A DNA stretch of 64,000 bases from Candidatus Bathyarchaeia archaeon. Lineage in GTDB: Bacteria; Patescibacteriota; Microgenomatia; PFEM01; JAFGMK01. A program made the position numbers and the translations under genes. This document shows, piece by piece, positions 38,748 to 49,551 of the stretch (the first letter of the stretch is position 1; each line of letters begins with the position of its first letter). The stretch covers positions 317,904 to 381,903 of the forward strand of contig DATKWK010000035.1 in the NCBI GenBank assembly GCA_035529595.1, written 5' to 3'. The notes beneath the pieces are model-generated. The model saw only the letters and a program-made list of their open reading frames with translations. It did no database searches and was not told the origin of the DNA.

Positions 38748-41700
38748 GTGAATGAAAAAATTTTAAGCAAGAAACGTTTTCTTAAATTTCTTTTTTTTGC
38801 TTGGTTGTTCTTTGCTTTTTTAATCCGTCGCAATGGTTCCTGGCTAAAAATAGGAACTACAGAAACCACCCAGGCTAAATCTCCAGCTAATTCTTTTCCT
38901 ATTTCTTCTTATCGTTACCTGCCAGGAGAAATAATCGTCAAATTTAAAAAAGAACCTCTTTTAAAATCACAAGGGCTGGAGCTTAGTGAAGCAACTCAGT
39001 TTTCTTCGGTTAACTCAATTCTCGAAAAATCTCCCGTTAGGAATATTCAACCGCTTTTCGATACTAAACAAGGTGAACTAAAAAAAATAGTCAAAATAAA
39101 ATTAGAATCTGACCAGAAGGCAATTAATCGTCCCTTTGGTATCGAGAGCAATTTTTTTATCGGGGAACCCTCGGAAGAAAAGCGGCTAATTTCAAAATTA
39201 AAAGAAGACCCTAATGTTGAATATGCTGAGCCGAACTATCTTTATCAAACCAGCCTAACTCCTGATGATCCTTTTTTGGATCAGCAATGGGGCTTAACTC
39301 AAATCCAGTCTCAGGAAGGTTGGGATATTAATACCGGAAGCATAGACATGGCTATCGCTATTATTGACACTGGTATTGATTATTCTCACGAGGATCTAGG
39401 AGACCGAATCTGGCAGAATATTGATGAGATCCCAGGCAATGGGATAGATGATGATTTAAACGGATTCACCGATGATATTGCCGGTTGGGATTTTGTTAAT
39501 ACTGAAAATGCTCTTTGCTCGACTGACGAGGACTGTCAAATAGAAGACAATGACCCCAGTGATAAATTAGGTCACGGAACCCATGTTGCCGGTATTGTTA
39601 ATGCAACTACTAATAACAGTACAGGGATAGCCGGCATCTGTTGGACTGGAAAAATCATGAACATTAGAGCCGGCTGGAAAGGAAATGATGGAAGCGGGTA
39701 TTTGGATACGGAAGCAATTAGTAAAGCGATTGTATACGCTGTCGACAACAAGGCCGACCTTATTAATATGAGCTTTGGCTCAGACGACTTTTCAGAGACA
39801 ATAGCAAACAGTTTAAGCTATGCTAATGATAATCATGTCTTAATGATTGCCTCAGCCGGAAACTCAGGTCTTGAAATCAGCAGTTTTCCCGCTAGCTCAC
39901 CTCATGTTTTTTCAATTGGGGCTACTGATAAATCAGATCAAAAAACCTTTTTTTCTAATTATGGCACTACAATAGATTTAGCCGCACCCGGAATAGATAT
40001 CTTGTCTCTTCGTGCTGAGGGAACGGATATGTACGGAGACGGCCAGCATATCGTTGAGGAAAAGTACTATCTCGCTTCGGGAACATCAATGTCTGCTCCT
40101 TTTGTCAGCGGAGTCTTCGGTTTAGTAAAAGCACTTCATCCCTCTTGGGATAAAAAGGAGTTTGAAAAAATGACTAAACTTGCCGTCGATCCTTTAAGCT
40201 CAAACTTTTATGTTGGCCATGGAAGGATTAACCTTTATAAAGCCCTTTCAATCACCCTCCCCGAAGCAGAAGCTTTTCTGAGATATCCCTACGAAAAAAG
40301 TTATTTCCTTTTATCAATCGGTGAACCCCTGGAAATCAGGGGGGTGGTTGTCGGCGAAAGTTTCAAAATTGAATACGAAGAGGGTTATTACCCCGATCAA
40401 TGGGTTGAAATACACCGTCAAGACGCTCCTATTGATACCGGACCAAACGGCGCCAGTTTGACAACCTGGAACACGACTAATTTAAAAGAGAAAATTTATA
40501 CTCTTAAATTAACCGCTTATGATGTGCAAGGACTATCCATTTACTCTTATGCTTTTGTTGAATTCTACGACCCCAGTTTAGGCTGGTTTAAAAGGCTGAG
40601 CAATGATTATTCTTCTGCCCCAAATGTCGCGGACCTCCATAATAATGGCCAAAAAGAGATTATTGTCACTAGTGCCCAAGAGACATTTGAAAATGGTTTA
40701 AATCTTTATATTTTTGGTCCGGAGGGCAACAACTTCCTTCCGGCGAACCCAATTATTTTAGAGGGCGGTTACGGGGCTTCTTCTTCTCCTGCCGTCGGGG
40801 ACATGGACAGCGATGGCAATTTGGAGATTGTCGTCGCGGGAGAAAACGTATACGATACCCCCTTCAGTAGCGAAGGAATTATCTATATTATCAGAAATAA
40901 TGGCAATCCCCTGACTGGCTGGAATCCAAAAAAAGTATCAGACGAAATCTCTCTCGAATCACGTTGGTGTCAAGGTTGGGGAAATGACCGACCTTGCGGC
41001 GGGTTCCCTTCTTCGCCGGTTCTAGCGGATTTAAACAACGACGGCAATCTGGAGATCATTCTTCTCAGCCGATATGGTAAACTTTATGTCTTCGAGATTA
41101 ACGGCAATAGTCTTCCCGGTTTTCCTCTGCTTCTAGGTGAAGGCTTCTGGTTTGGAAATACGTTTAACACTCCGGCAGTTGGCGACCTTGATAATGACGG
41201 TCGTCCTGAAATCGTTGTCGCTCTTGGAGAAAATAATCAACCTGAGGAAGGTACTTTTATTTACGTTGTCGAAAGTGATGGCACTATTGCCCCAGGCTGG
41301 CCTAAGAAAATTATCGGTGATAATACCTCTTACACTTATTACAGTTCTCTTTTTTCTTCACCAGTAATAGGCGATATAAACAAAGATCGACAAATGGAAA
41401 TCTTTATTAGTTCATGGAACGAAGAAGGCGGCAGAATTAACGGCTGGAACTACAACGGTGAGCCAGTCAACAATTGGCCTGTCTCTGCTCCTGGTGTTAT
41501 ATGGAATGTCTCACTCGGAAGTATTCAGGCTGAAACCGACACTCTGATTTTAGCCGGGGCTTACGATATGCAACATCAAGCGGCCTACGCTATCTCTTCC
41601 CAAGGAAATCTCCTTCCCGGTTGGCCGCCTCAAAATTCTCCCCGAAGCATCAGCGCCCAACCTTTAATAGTTGATATTGACCAGGAAGACGATCAAGAAT

Positions 41701-42146
41701 TAATCTTTGTTTCTGCTTACGATTCCTCCGCCTATGCTTATAAGTCCTCGGGCCAAAATGTAGAAAACTGGCCGATTCAAATCCGTCAGCCAACTTATCG
41801 TACCCCGACGATCGAAGACATCGACTCAAACGGTACCCTGGAAATAGTCACTGTCAGTATCGAGGGTAACCTTTACCTTAAAAGACTGATCGGAACTGCT
41901 CCGAAAGCCTACTCATGGAACACTTTTCATCATGACAGGCAACATACCGGTGCCTATACTTTCGAAGGTTGTTCCCCCGGCGATTCTAACCAAGATAAAA
42001 AAATCGATCTTTTAGACTTCATGTGTATTTTTCAAAATTATCGAGAGGCTAGTGAAAGTAGCTGCCCTTGCTCTGACAGCAACCTGGATTCGGTCGTTAA
42101 CTCTATCGATCTTGGTTTTGTCCTAAATAAATATCGACTTCAATAA
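38748..42146 (+). CDS. Secreted S8 subtilase with FG-GAP repeats and dockerin-like tail
   Basis: IIDTG, HGTHVAG, SGTSMSAP; D.D.DG..EIV repeats; GDSNQDKKIDLLD and DSNLDSVVNSID. Confidence 0.93.
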   Translation: MNEKILSKKRFLKFLFFAWLFFAFLIRRNGSWLKIGTTETTQAKSPANSFPISSYRYLPGEIIVKFKKEPLLKSQGLELSEATQFSSVNSILEKSPVRNIQPLFDTKQGELKKIVKIKLESDQKAINRPFGIESNFFIGEPSEEKRLISKLKEDPNVEYAEPNYLYQTSLTPDDPFLDQQWGLTQIQSQEGWDINTGSIDMAIAIIDTGIDYSHEDLGDRIWQNIDEIPGNGIDDDLNGFTDDIAGWDFVNTENALCSTDEDCQIEDNDPSDKLGHGTHVAGIVNATTNNSTGIAGICWTGKIMNIRAGWKGNDGSGYLDTEAISKAIVYAVDNKADLINMSFGSDDFSETIANSLSYANDNHVLMIASAGNSGLEISSFPASSPHVFSIGATDKSDQKTFFSNYGTTIDLAAPGIDILSLRAEGTDMYGDGQHIVEEKYYLASGTSMSAPFVSGVFGLVKALHPSWDKKEFEKMTKLAVDPLSSNFYVGHGRINLYKALSITLPEAEAFLRYPYEKSYFLLSIGEPLEIRGVVVGESFKIEYEEGYYPDQWVEIHRQDAPIDTGPNGASLTTWNTTNLKEKIYTLKLTAYDVQGLSIYSYAFVEFYDPSLGWFKRLSNDYSSAPNVADLHNNGQKEIIVTSAQETFENGLNLYIFGPEGNNFLPANPIILEGGYGASSSPAVGDMDSDGNLEIVVAGENVYDTPFSSEGIIYIIRNNGNPLTGWNPKKVSDEISLESRWCQGWGNDRPCGGFPSSPVLADLNNDGNLEIILLSRYGKLYVFEINGNSLPGFPLLLGEGFWFGNTFNTPAVGDLDNDGRPEIVVALGENNQPEEGTFIYVVESDGTIAPGWPKKIIGDNTSYTYYSSLFSSPVIGDINKDRQMEIFISSWNEEGGRINGWNYNGEPVNNWPVSAPGVIWNVSLGSIQAETDTLILAGAYDMQHQAAYAISSQGNLLPGWPPQNSPRSISAQPLIVDIDQEDDQELIFVSAYDSSAYAYKSSGQNVENWPIQIRQPTYRTPTIEDIDSNGTLEIVTVSIEGNLYLKRLIGTAPKAYSWNTFHHDRQHTGAYTFEGCSPGDSNQDKKIDLLDFMCIFQNYREASESSCPCSDSNLDSVVNSIDLGFVLNKYRLQ

Positions 42147-42314
42147 ACTTCCCCTCTGACTTCCATCTTATTGGATATTGCGAATATTACTAAGTGATAC
42201 TTTTACCTTATTCTTGATGATTTTTTTCCCGGATATTGCCTTTTTAGCTCTTTGATTACTTTATCAACATATATATTAAAAAAATAGGACTTTAAAAAAA
42301 TATTCTATTTGCTG

Positions 42315-42401
42315 TTTAAATCAAAAACAGTGAAAAGGCAAAAAGGGCAATTGGAGAAAAAAAATTCACCGAGGTTCAATGGGAAAAGTACCTTGAAGGT
42401 G
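42315..42401. repeat. A-rich body plus R-type site
   Basis: Similar to 28285-28368; CCGAGGTTCA-ATGGGAAA-AGTACCTTGAAGGTG. Confidence 0.82.
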
Positions 42402-42412
42402 GTTACCTTTAT

Positions 42413-45259
42413 TCATAGGTTGTATTTGTCTTTTCTTTTTTCAAATGCCGCCTCACCGCCATCAAGAATGTCGCAAGCGTGTTCTCTAATTCCACAAGAC
42501 AGCAAAACAATTTCTTGAGTTTTATCCCTTTCTTTCGTGTACTCTAATGAGCCACTTAGATAATCAAACTTCTGGTTATCTTTATTTTTTCGGTCGTCGC
42601 CGTGCTGATTAGCAACCATGACTTGCTCCGAGTCAGCACCAACGACTAAATTTGCATTATGGCTAACCATAATAATTTGTCGCCTTTTCTTTTGCTCTTT
42701 CAAATAGGGAACAATCGAAAAATACATTGACCGGCTATCAAGGTCGTCCTCTGGCTGGTCAATCAAAAGAGGCCATGTGTCCGATTCTTTGGTTAACAGA
42801 AGGGTAAGCGCAAATAATGCCTGCTTTCCTTCTGTCATCGAACTACTACTGAAACCACCAATTGTGTCGTTTTCCATAGTTGAGTTGAACCGAATATCTT
42901 CAACGAAGGTTAAAACTTCCTTAGCGCAAAGTTGCGAATCTTCATCAAACAACACCTTTTGTTTTTTGGCAAACACGGCATCAAGAAAATTGTGAGGGTC
43001 ACTTCTTATTAAGTCGATTTTTAATAAATCTTTCTCTCTGTCAATAAAATCACTGCTCTCTTTTCTATTAAAGCGTGCGGATAGCTCTTCAAATTTTTGG
43101 GGATGGAATTGAATTTCAACCCCGAAACGGATTTTGCTATCTGACTGCTCAAGTGCAGCAAATTTCGTCTTTAGGGTATCTAGGGCTGAAGTTCTGTCGC
43201 TAACACTTTTTTTAATTAGTTCAGACAAATCTCTTAACTCGGTGTTTTTATCGGCGATTTCCTGTGTCAACTTTTCTATTGCCGATTTTCTTTCCTTCTG
43301 CTTGTCTAACTTCTCGATCAAATCCTGCAATTGCTCGTTTTTCTTACACTTTTCGATTAAATCCTTATTTGAATCGTATAGGGTTTTAATTTCAGACTGA
43401 ACTCGTGACTTCTCCTTATCCAAATCAGATTTATAGGCAAGAATTCTTTTTTGTACCAGCCCGCTAACGGTACTTGACCATTGAGTAACATCTTGGGTAA
43501 TCTTCTTCTGTAAATTTAACGGCAACGACTCGATTGCGGGCATAAAAGAAACTTTCGTAGTAATAGAGATAACCTTATCTTTCCTGTCGCTATCGTCTCG
43601 GTAAATAAATCCTTCAAGTTCGCCAAGCTCTTCATCAATCTTTTTTAATCTTGCTTCCTTGTTATGGATATCCTGACTTAGTTCCTTGTATTTTTTGACG
43701 TCTTCGTCGCTAAGGGAAGCAATTTTCTTAAGCTCATCGATCTTTTTTTCAAAATCCGCAATAACCTTTTCAATAGCTGTTTTGTCACCTTGCTCTTTAA
43801 TCTCTAGTTCTAGAGATCTAACTTCCTCTTTCGTGACAAACCACTTTGTAACTGATTCGGTAATGCTTTTGTTGTAAGTGTCTCTAATATCAATCTGGAG
43901 TCGCTCATAAACTTGTTTAATTTCCGGATAATTCTCAAACAACACAGGTTTAATCATGGCTGTAATATCATCCGGACGACTGCTTAATTCAGCCAGATAA
44001 TTTTGTGGAATATAAACAACTTTTCCGTGTTGCGTTAGTCCGTTACCCCACTCAACGGCAACCTCAAAGTTCACATCTTCCCAACTAACTTTTGCCGCGG
44101 GACCTTCGGGCTTGATCCCCTTTGCGCTTTCAGGGTCAACTGAACAAGCGAGATAGGCCAAAAGCGCTGATTTACCAGACGATCTACTTCCAATAATTGA
44201 GCTAAGGTTATCGTTAAACAGAATTTCATTCGGAAAATCAGAAGTGTTTTTAAAAATTATTTTACGAATAACACGGTCGGGCAACTTTCCACCCGGAGGA
44301 ATCGAGCCCATAAATACTCTTTCGCCGCTAATTGGCTCATAGACAATTTGTTTTAAGCCTTCATAAGTCAAATCGGCCTTTATCCAAGTAATCTCTTTCT
44401 CTACCTCACCTTTAGCATTTACAACTTTTTTGCCTAGGAAGTTGTCAACATCCTCGAAAGAATGCGCATCGCTACCAGACAATACCGGTTTTGGTGCTGT
44501 TTCTTCACCGTTATCTAGGCGTTCTTTATCCGAGAAGTGATCAACATTAGTTGAGCTTCCAAAAAACCCGTGACTAAACTTGTCTATCTCATCAGTAATT
44601 ACCGCCTTTCTCTGTTTGCCTCTAACTTTTCCAGCCACTTTTTCAGTATCCGTTCTAATGCCATCATTGTTTGCGGCGGCAATAATAAGCATATAATCAG
44701 TAAGATCAATCTTACTTCCAAAGGTTGCCTTAATTGCATCCTCTATGAACTGCCTTGTTGTTGTAGCTTTCTCAAAATCTTTGGTTGACGAAAGTTCAGA
44801 AGCCTTTATGTTTTTGCCTGAAAGGTTGTTGGTTTCATTTGTTTTGAGACTACTTAAAAACTCCCCAAGTCTGCTTTTGATATTCGGCATATCAGAATTA
44901 ACAATAAGGTGCAGATTTACTTCCTCCCCAGCTTTATTAACTACATCATTAGTACATACTTCAATATTTGGGAAAAACACTTTTGAGGAGTCGGGGTATT
45001 TATTTTTAAATTTATCTATAAAGGTAAAATAATTATCAACCGAAAAATAATCAGTGATACCAATTGCTACGACATCAGATTCCTCAATCTTCTTACAAAA
45101 TATATCCCAGGGATCACCGTCCTTTAATTTATATTGGTCATTCTTTTTGGTTCCAGGTGTATGAACTTGCAAATCCCATTTTCTCCATAGAGAACCCCGC
45201 GGATCGTTGATTCGTGTGTCTCGATCGTTCTGGTTATTGTTGCCACTACGTTTAGTCAT
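42413..45259 (-). CDS. PHP-domain plus ABC/SMC-like ATPase (TrlF/Ppl-like defence protein)
   Basis: WRKWDLQVHTP, ITDY, GSDAH; GSRSSGKS; coiled coil; LLIDQPEDDLD; SHNAN. Confidence 0.85.
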   Translation of the reverse strand: MTKRSGNNNQNDRDTRINDPRGSLWRKWDLQVHTPGTKKNDQYKLKDGDPWDIFCKKIEESDVVAIGITDYFSVDNYFTFIDKFKNKYPDSSKVFFPNIEVCTNDVVNKAGEEVNLHLIVNSDMPNIKSRLGEFLSSLKTNETNNLSGKNIKASELSSTKDFEKATTTRQFIEDAIKATFGSKIDLTDYMLIIAAANNDGIRTDTEKVAGKVRGKQRKAVITDEIDKFSHGFFGSSTNVDHFSDKERLDNGEETAPKPVLSGSDAHSFEDVDNFLGKKVVNAKGEVEKEITWIKADLTYEGLKQIVYEPISGERVFMGSIPPGGKLPDRVIRKIIFKNTSDFPNEILFNDNLSSIIGSRSSGKSALLAYLACSVDPESAKGIKPEGPAAKVSWEDVNFEVAVEWGNGLTQHGKVVYIPQNYLAELSSRPDDITAMIKPVLFENYPEIKQVYERLQIDIRDTYNKSITESVTKWFVTKEEVRSLELEIKEQGDKTAIEKVIADFEKKIDELKKIASLSDEDVKKYKELSQDIHNKEARLKKIDEELGELEGFIYRDDSDRKDKVISITTKVSFMPAIESLPLNLQKKITQDVTQWSSTVSGLVQKRILAYKSDLDKEKSRVQSEIKTLYDSNKDLIEKCKKNEQLQDLIEKLDKQKERKSAIEKLTQEIADKNTELRDLSELIKKSVSDRTSALDTLKTKFAALEQSDSKIRFGVEIQFHPQKFEELSARFNRKESSDFIDREKDLLKIDLIRSDPHNFLDAVFAKKQKVLFDEDSQLCAKEVLTFVEDIRFNSTMENDTIGGFSSSSMTEGKQALFALTLLLTKESDTWPLLIDQPEDDLDSRSMYFSIVPYLKEQKKRRQIIMVSHNANLVVGADSEQVMVANQHGDDRKNKDNQKFDYLSGSLEYTKERDKTQEIVLLSCGIREHACDILDGGEAAFEKRKDKYNL

Positions 45260-45353
45260 TGTTTTTCTCCACCACTTTTATTTCGTCATCTGTAAGTCCG
45301 CAGAGCTTATAAACCATTTGATCAATTTATTTTTCGTATTCGCGGACTTTCGT
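45252..45353 (-). pseudogene. C-terminal remnant of a type IIG-like restriction-modification protein
   Basis: KVREYEK*IDQMVYKLCGLTDDEIKVVEKNND*, matching the ID..VY.LYGLT.EEI..VE tail. Confidence 0.7.
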
Positions 45354-45355
45354 CC

Positions 45356-47209
45356 TTATATTTCCGGTAAATGACTTTTAAGATATTTTTCTGTATCTTT
45401 ATCAATAAAATAAACATATACTCCCTTATGGGCCCGAGAAAGAAGTACGCGATAAACGTTTTTTAAGTGATTCGTGAGATTTGGATTATTACGTTTTACT
45501 TGCGTATCATGAGAATTTTCCGGAATCGCTCGCCACTTACTTTCAACCGGATCAAAAACCAAATCATTTCCAAAAATAACTGCAATATAGTCAAATTCAA
45601 ACCCTTGAGCTGTATAAACAGTTCCCACCTGTTCCATCCCCGAATCATCGGTAGCCCATTTCCAAAACTGGTCTTTTTTTTCCCATGGCATTTCGAAGTT
45701 TCCTATTTTTACGTCGTTAACTAAAGAATTATCTGGGATTGGTTTACTCCACGACCAACAAAATCCTGCAGTAATCCTCGCGGAATTAGGTTTCTCATGA
45801 TTTCTCTTCCGAATTTCTTCCATCATCTCTTGCGGGCTTTTAAAAATTTTAAATTCCATTTTAGGATCATATTCCGAAAATTCACTATCACCAATTCTTA
45901 AAACAAAATCTAACCATTGAAGGTAAGCATCGGAACCTGAACATCTAAATTGTGTTTTAAGCTCAAATTCAGAGATATCAGATTTTTTAATTCCCAAACG
46001 TTGCACTGCTTTTTTTATCATCTCGACGCTTCCTATTTCGTTCGGTCTCACGATCTGATTTTCGTCAATAAAGAAAATGCTTAATTTCGCTACATTTAAC
46101 AATTCGTCTATTTGGGGCAAATCTGTTCTTTGAACTTTCGGTGTATATCTATCTATGCTTGATTCTCTTATACGATGTGCCTCGTCGCAAATAAGCACAT
46201 CAAAAGAACCTGACTTCGTTGCAATAAAGCTGTTGAAAAATTTGAACAGGTTTTTTGCCCGAACACCAACTATATTTCTTAATGTATTTGTAAACGCGGA
46301 CGATCCCGTGGCATGTACGACCTTTCTCCCTTGCCTCAAAAGCTCCCCCATAACTTCTAATGCTATTACAGACTTCCCTGTGCCGGGACCACCCTTTACT
46401 ATCACTACTGATTTTTGCTTTGTTTTTGCGAACTGCTTAACTTTGTGCCTTATTGCATTGTAGGCAACAATTTGTTCATCAATTAAATTAAAAATTTGCC
46501 GTTTATTTATCATCTCCGATGTATGATCAAGTAGTTTTCTAGACGGTTCGATTGGGCTTCTTGCAAATCGTTCGTAAATCAATTTACCCTTACCACCCTG
46601 AAGGCGCTTTTTTAGATATCTTCCCAATTCAATAGCGTCTTCTTTTGCAAACAATGGAAAGGTTTTGATTAATTTAGAAAATTCCGAAGAAAAAAGTATG
46701 GCATCTTTATTCTTTGAATAATTATGTAGATATACAGATGCGCTTAATTCTGGCGAGTTCTTTTCTTGAAAAATCCTAAGAAAATCCTTTAGGCCGAAAT
46801 AGTATCCTTGCACTTGTAGCACGGGGTGTGGTTGTTCCCTCTTAAATTGCCCATAATCGACGACTACATTACCTTCACTTTCGGCGTCTTGCACGTGTTG
46901 ATTTGACCATTGTTTGAGTTCCATCATTACAACATTTTCTTCTCCATCCACGTCATGCCCAAAAAGCAAAACATCAATTCTTCGCGACGAAAAAGGAAGT
47001 TCGTATTCGACAATTATATGGTTGTCTTTAAGGCCGGCGTAATGAAAACTATTATTTAGGATTGCAAGCGAAATTGCCCATGATCTATATTCACGATCAG
47101 CTGGATCCTTTTTGTAGTAAGCTCGATATTTTTCGGCCGCACGATCCGCAATGCAGTTTTGCATTACATCTTCGTTAAATCGCTCGATTGTGCCTTCATA
47201 AAGAATCAT
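45356..47209 (-). CDS. DUF2075 (Schlafen group 3-like) helicase with N-terminal nuclease-like domain
   Basis: EYELP..RRID...MELKQW; GGPGTGKS; DEAHR; QFRC; QGFEFDY; YRVLLSR. Confidence 0.88.
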   Translation of the reverse strand: MILYEGTIERFNEDVMQNCIADRAAEKYRAYYKKDPADREYRSWAISLAILNNSFHYAGLKDNHIIVEYELPFSSRRIDVLLFGHDVDGEENVVMMELKQWSNQHVQDAESEGNVVVDYGQFKREQPHPVLQVQGYYFGLKDFLRIFQEKNSPELSASVYLHNYSKNKDAILFSSEFSKLIKTFPLFAKEDAIELGRYLKKRLQGGKGKLIYERFARSPIEPSRKLLDHTSEMINKRQIFNLIDEQIVAYNAIRHKVKQFAKTKQKSVVIVKGGPGTGKSVIALEVMGELLRQGRKVVHATGSSAFTNTLRNIVGVRAKNLFKFFNSFIATKSGSFDVLICDEAHRIRESSIDRYTPKVQRTDLPQIDELLNVAKLSIFFIDENQIVRPNEIGSVEMIKKAVQRLGIKKSDISEFELKTQFRCSGSDAYLQWLDFVLRIGDSEFSEYDPKMEFKIFKSPQEMMEEIRKRNHEKPNSARITAGFCWSWSKPIPDNSLVNDVKIGNFEMPWEKKDQFWKWATDDSGMEQVGTVYTAQGFEFDYIAVIFGNDLVFDPVESKWRAIPENSHDTQVKRNNPNLTNHLKNVYRVLLSRAHKGVYVYFIDKDTEKYLKSHLPEI

Positions 47210-47323
47210 AATTGAAGTTTATTGTTTTAGTATGATTACCTTTTTGCTTTACCTAATGATTATAAATTTATTTCCGATCTCACTCACCTCTAAATTTAAT
47301 AATTTCTTTAATCAGACATGAAC

Positions 47324-48016
47324 TTATATTAAGTTTTGTTCCTTTAAACTGTAAAATTTGTTTTTAGTAACGATAATGTGATCGAGAAGTTCAATACCAA
47401 AAATTTTAGCTGCTTCTTCCAAGCGTCTCGTTAGCGCAACGTCTTCCGGTGAGGCTTCAGGATTTTCCGATGGATGGTTATGGGCAATTATTATTTGTGC
47501 AGCAAAGGACTGAATCGCTTCTTTAAAAACTTCCCGGGGGTGTACAATACTTGAATTAAGCGAACCTACTGAAATATTACTGATTTTTATTAAACAATTA
47601 TGTGCATCAAGAGACAGCACAACAAAATGCTCTTTCTTTTCCCGTCCGATAGATTTTTGCAAAAAGTTAGCTACTGCCCTTGATGAATTAAGTGTAATTT
47701 TCTCTGGTAGGTGCTCTCTTGCGAGGCGCTCAGCTACTGCCTGAAAAAGTTTTATACCAAATGCATTAGATGGTCCAATACCTTTAATCTTTTGTAAATC
47801 TTCCAGCGAAGCATCAAGTACTCCTCGTAAACCACTAAGCTCTTTAATAGCTTGTTTTGCCATTTGCTTACAATCTTTCCGAGGGGTACCCAACGTTAAA
47901 AGTAATTCCACAATTTCATAATCAAGAAAACCGTCAAATCCACTTTTCAAGAAACGTATTCTTAATCTTTTCCTGTGGCCTTCCATTTTTTGTGGATCCT
48001 TAAGGGAAATTGTCAT
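47324..48016 (-). CDS. radC: RadC family JAB/MPN protein
   Basis: GHRKRLR, HhH KGIG, VHPREV, HNHPS...S.ED, LDHIIV. Confidence 0.92.
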   Translation of the reverse strand: MTISLKDPQKMEGHRKRLRIRFLKSGFDGFLDYEIVELLLTLGTPRKDCKQMAKQAIKELSGLRGVLDASLEDLQKIKGIGPSNAFGIKLFQAVAERLAREHLPEKITLNSSRAVANFLQKSIGREKKEHFVVLSLDAHNCLIKISNISVGSLNSSIVHPREVFKEAIQSFAAQIIIAHNHPSENPEASPEDVALTRRLEEAAKIFGIELLDHIIVTKNKFYSLKEQNLI

Positions 48017-48022
48017 TATTAC

Positions 48023-48370
48023 CTACAATTTGTCGTATTTAGCATGACGTCCCTTCGCTTTCTCGATAGGATATTTTTCTTCGTTTTTGTCCATCTTTTT
48101 GCTTAAAGCATCGACAATATCTATCTCCAAATCATGGCTCATCAATAATATCCAATAAAGAACATCGGCCAACTCTTCTCCGATATGTTCCTTGTGAGCT
48201 GAAATGTATTCCTCCAATTCTTTTCCGTTTTTCCATTGAAAATGCTCAACAACCTCTGAGGCTTCCAATGTAAGGGAAAGGGCTACATCTTTTGGGTTAT
48301 GAAATTGTTTCCAATCACGAGCGTCTCGGAAGGCAATTATTCGTTTTATTAATTTGTCAAGATTTTTCAT
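48023..48370 (-). CDS. MazG-like nucleotide pyrophosphohydrolase
   Basis: FRDARDWKQFHNPKD, EASE, EELADV, KNEEKYP. Confidence 0.92.
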   Translation of the reverse strand: MKNLDKLIKRIIAFRDARDWKQFHNPKDVALSLTLEASEVVEHFQWKNGKELEEYISAHKEHIGEELADVLYWILLMSHDLEIDIVDALSKKMDKNEEKYPIEKAKGRHAKYDKL

Positions 48371-48443
48371 AATACTTTGTCAGAAAATCAACATCAATCC
48401 TAAAAGCCTTGACGATCCCTGCCTATTGGCAGAAGAAGGGGAT

Positions 48444-48482
48444 AGTTTAAATTTGGCCACTTTAAGCTGATTCTACCACTTT
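48444..48482. repeat. 39-bp direct repeat, copy 1 (promoter-like)
   Basis: Matches 49441-49479 with 2 mismatches; minus strand contains TGGTAGAAT. Confidence 0.8.
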
Positions 48483-48554
48483 TTACCTAGCAGGTCATAC
48501 TGGTTGGCTAATATGACAGATCATCATACGATAACCACTCCGGCAATTGTTATT

Positions 48555-49250
48555 TCACAGAAAATATTCCCTGGAAAGCATCTTGTTCTTGAGAAAGAAT
48601 AAAAAAGACTGCCAGTGAAGCATGTCAAACCTGAACTGCGACTGATGGGACTTTAACGCCAGCAGTTTTTTTATACTGGCGGCAAGGCCCAGTTTCATAA
48701 TAAATTGAGGCTTACTAGGCTTGACTACCTTTTCGGCCAACTTTATGGCTTGTCGAGGTAAAATATAATTAATAGAAACTGTCGCGTATAGAGTTTTGAC
48801 TGGCGGGTCTGAAACCTCAGAGACAAACTTGCTCAGAGAGATATGGTCAGGGTGTCCGTAAATTCCGTTTGGCTCAAGGGTAATTATGTGCGAGGGTCGG
48901 TATAGGGATATTTCTTTTCTTAAACATGACAGTATTTCTTCTCCCCGATTCTTCAAATTTCCATCGCCGAAATCAAATATTTTCAGATCTTTTATCCCCA
49001 ATATCTTCAAAGCATTTTTCAGCTCGATCGATCTTACTTTACCAAGATCCGCAGACTTATCCAGTCTATAGCGAAGAGAACTTCTTTCACCCCGGCTGAA
49101 AGTCAAAACCCGGGTGGGTATTTTACCTAAAAATAGCTTATATAAAGTACCGCCAATAAAAACTGCTTCGTCATCCGGGTGAGGCATACAAACCAAAATC
49201 CGGCTATTTAAAGAAATACCTAATGAGTAAACATCCTTGACAATCTGCAT
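48555..49250 (-). CDS. PIG-L/LmbE family deacetylase
   Basis: PHPDDE, GHPDH, HQSQ. Confidence 0.9.
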   Translation of the reverse strand: MQIVKDVYSLGISLNSRILVCMPHPDDEAVFIGGTLYKLFLGKIPTRVLTFSRGERSSLRYRLDKSADLGKVRSIELKNALKILGIKDLKIFDFGDGNLKNRGEEILSCLRKEISLYRPSHIITLEPNGIYGHPDHISLSKFVSEVSDPPVKTLYATVSINYILPRQAIKLAEKVVKPSKPQFIMKLGLAASIKKLLALKSHQSQFRFDMLHWQSFLFFLKNKMLSREYFL

Positions 49251-49267
49251 AAAAAAATTTGTCACAG

Positions 49268-49291
49268 ACACCTTCAAAGTGCCTTAGGTTT
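49268..49291. repeat. L-type site
   Basis: ACACCTTCAAAGTGCC-TTAGGTTT. Confidence 0.75.
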
Positions 49292-49440
49292 CCTGACGTT
49301 TTTTAAAGTTTTAAACTAGGACTAACAATTTTTAGAATATCTTTCTTTTAATTTTCATAAGCAAAAAGATTTTTGGTAAAAATCACAAGAACCAGGGAAA
49401 GCAGGAAAACCAAGCCGGTTTTTTTGACAGAAAGAGAGAG

Positions 49441-49479
49441 AGTTTTAATTTGGCCACTTTAAGCTGATTTTACCACTTT
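49441..49479. repeat. 39-bp direct repeat, copy 2
   Basis: Matches 48444-48482. Confidence 0.8.
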
Positions 49480-49551
49480 GTGGCTTAAAGGGGTATTAAT
49501 TAGGTTTAAAAAATCTTTTTTCTCTCGGACGCTAGGTCTCCTACGCTAAAA

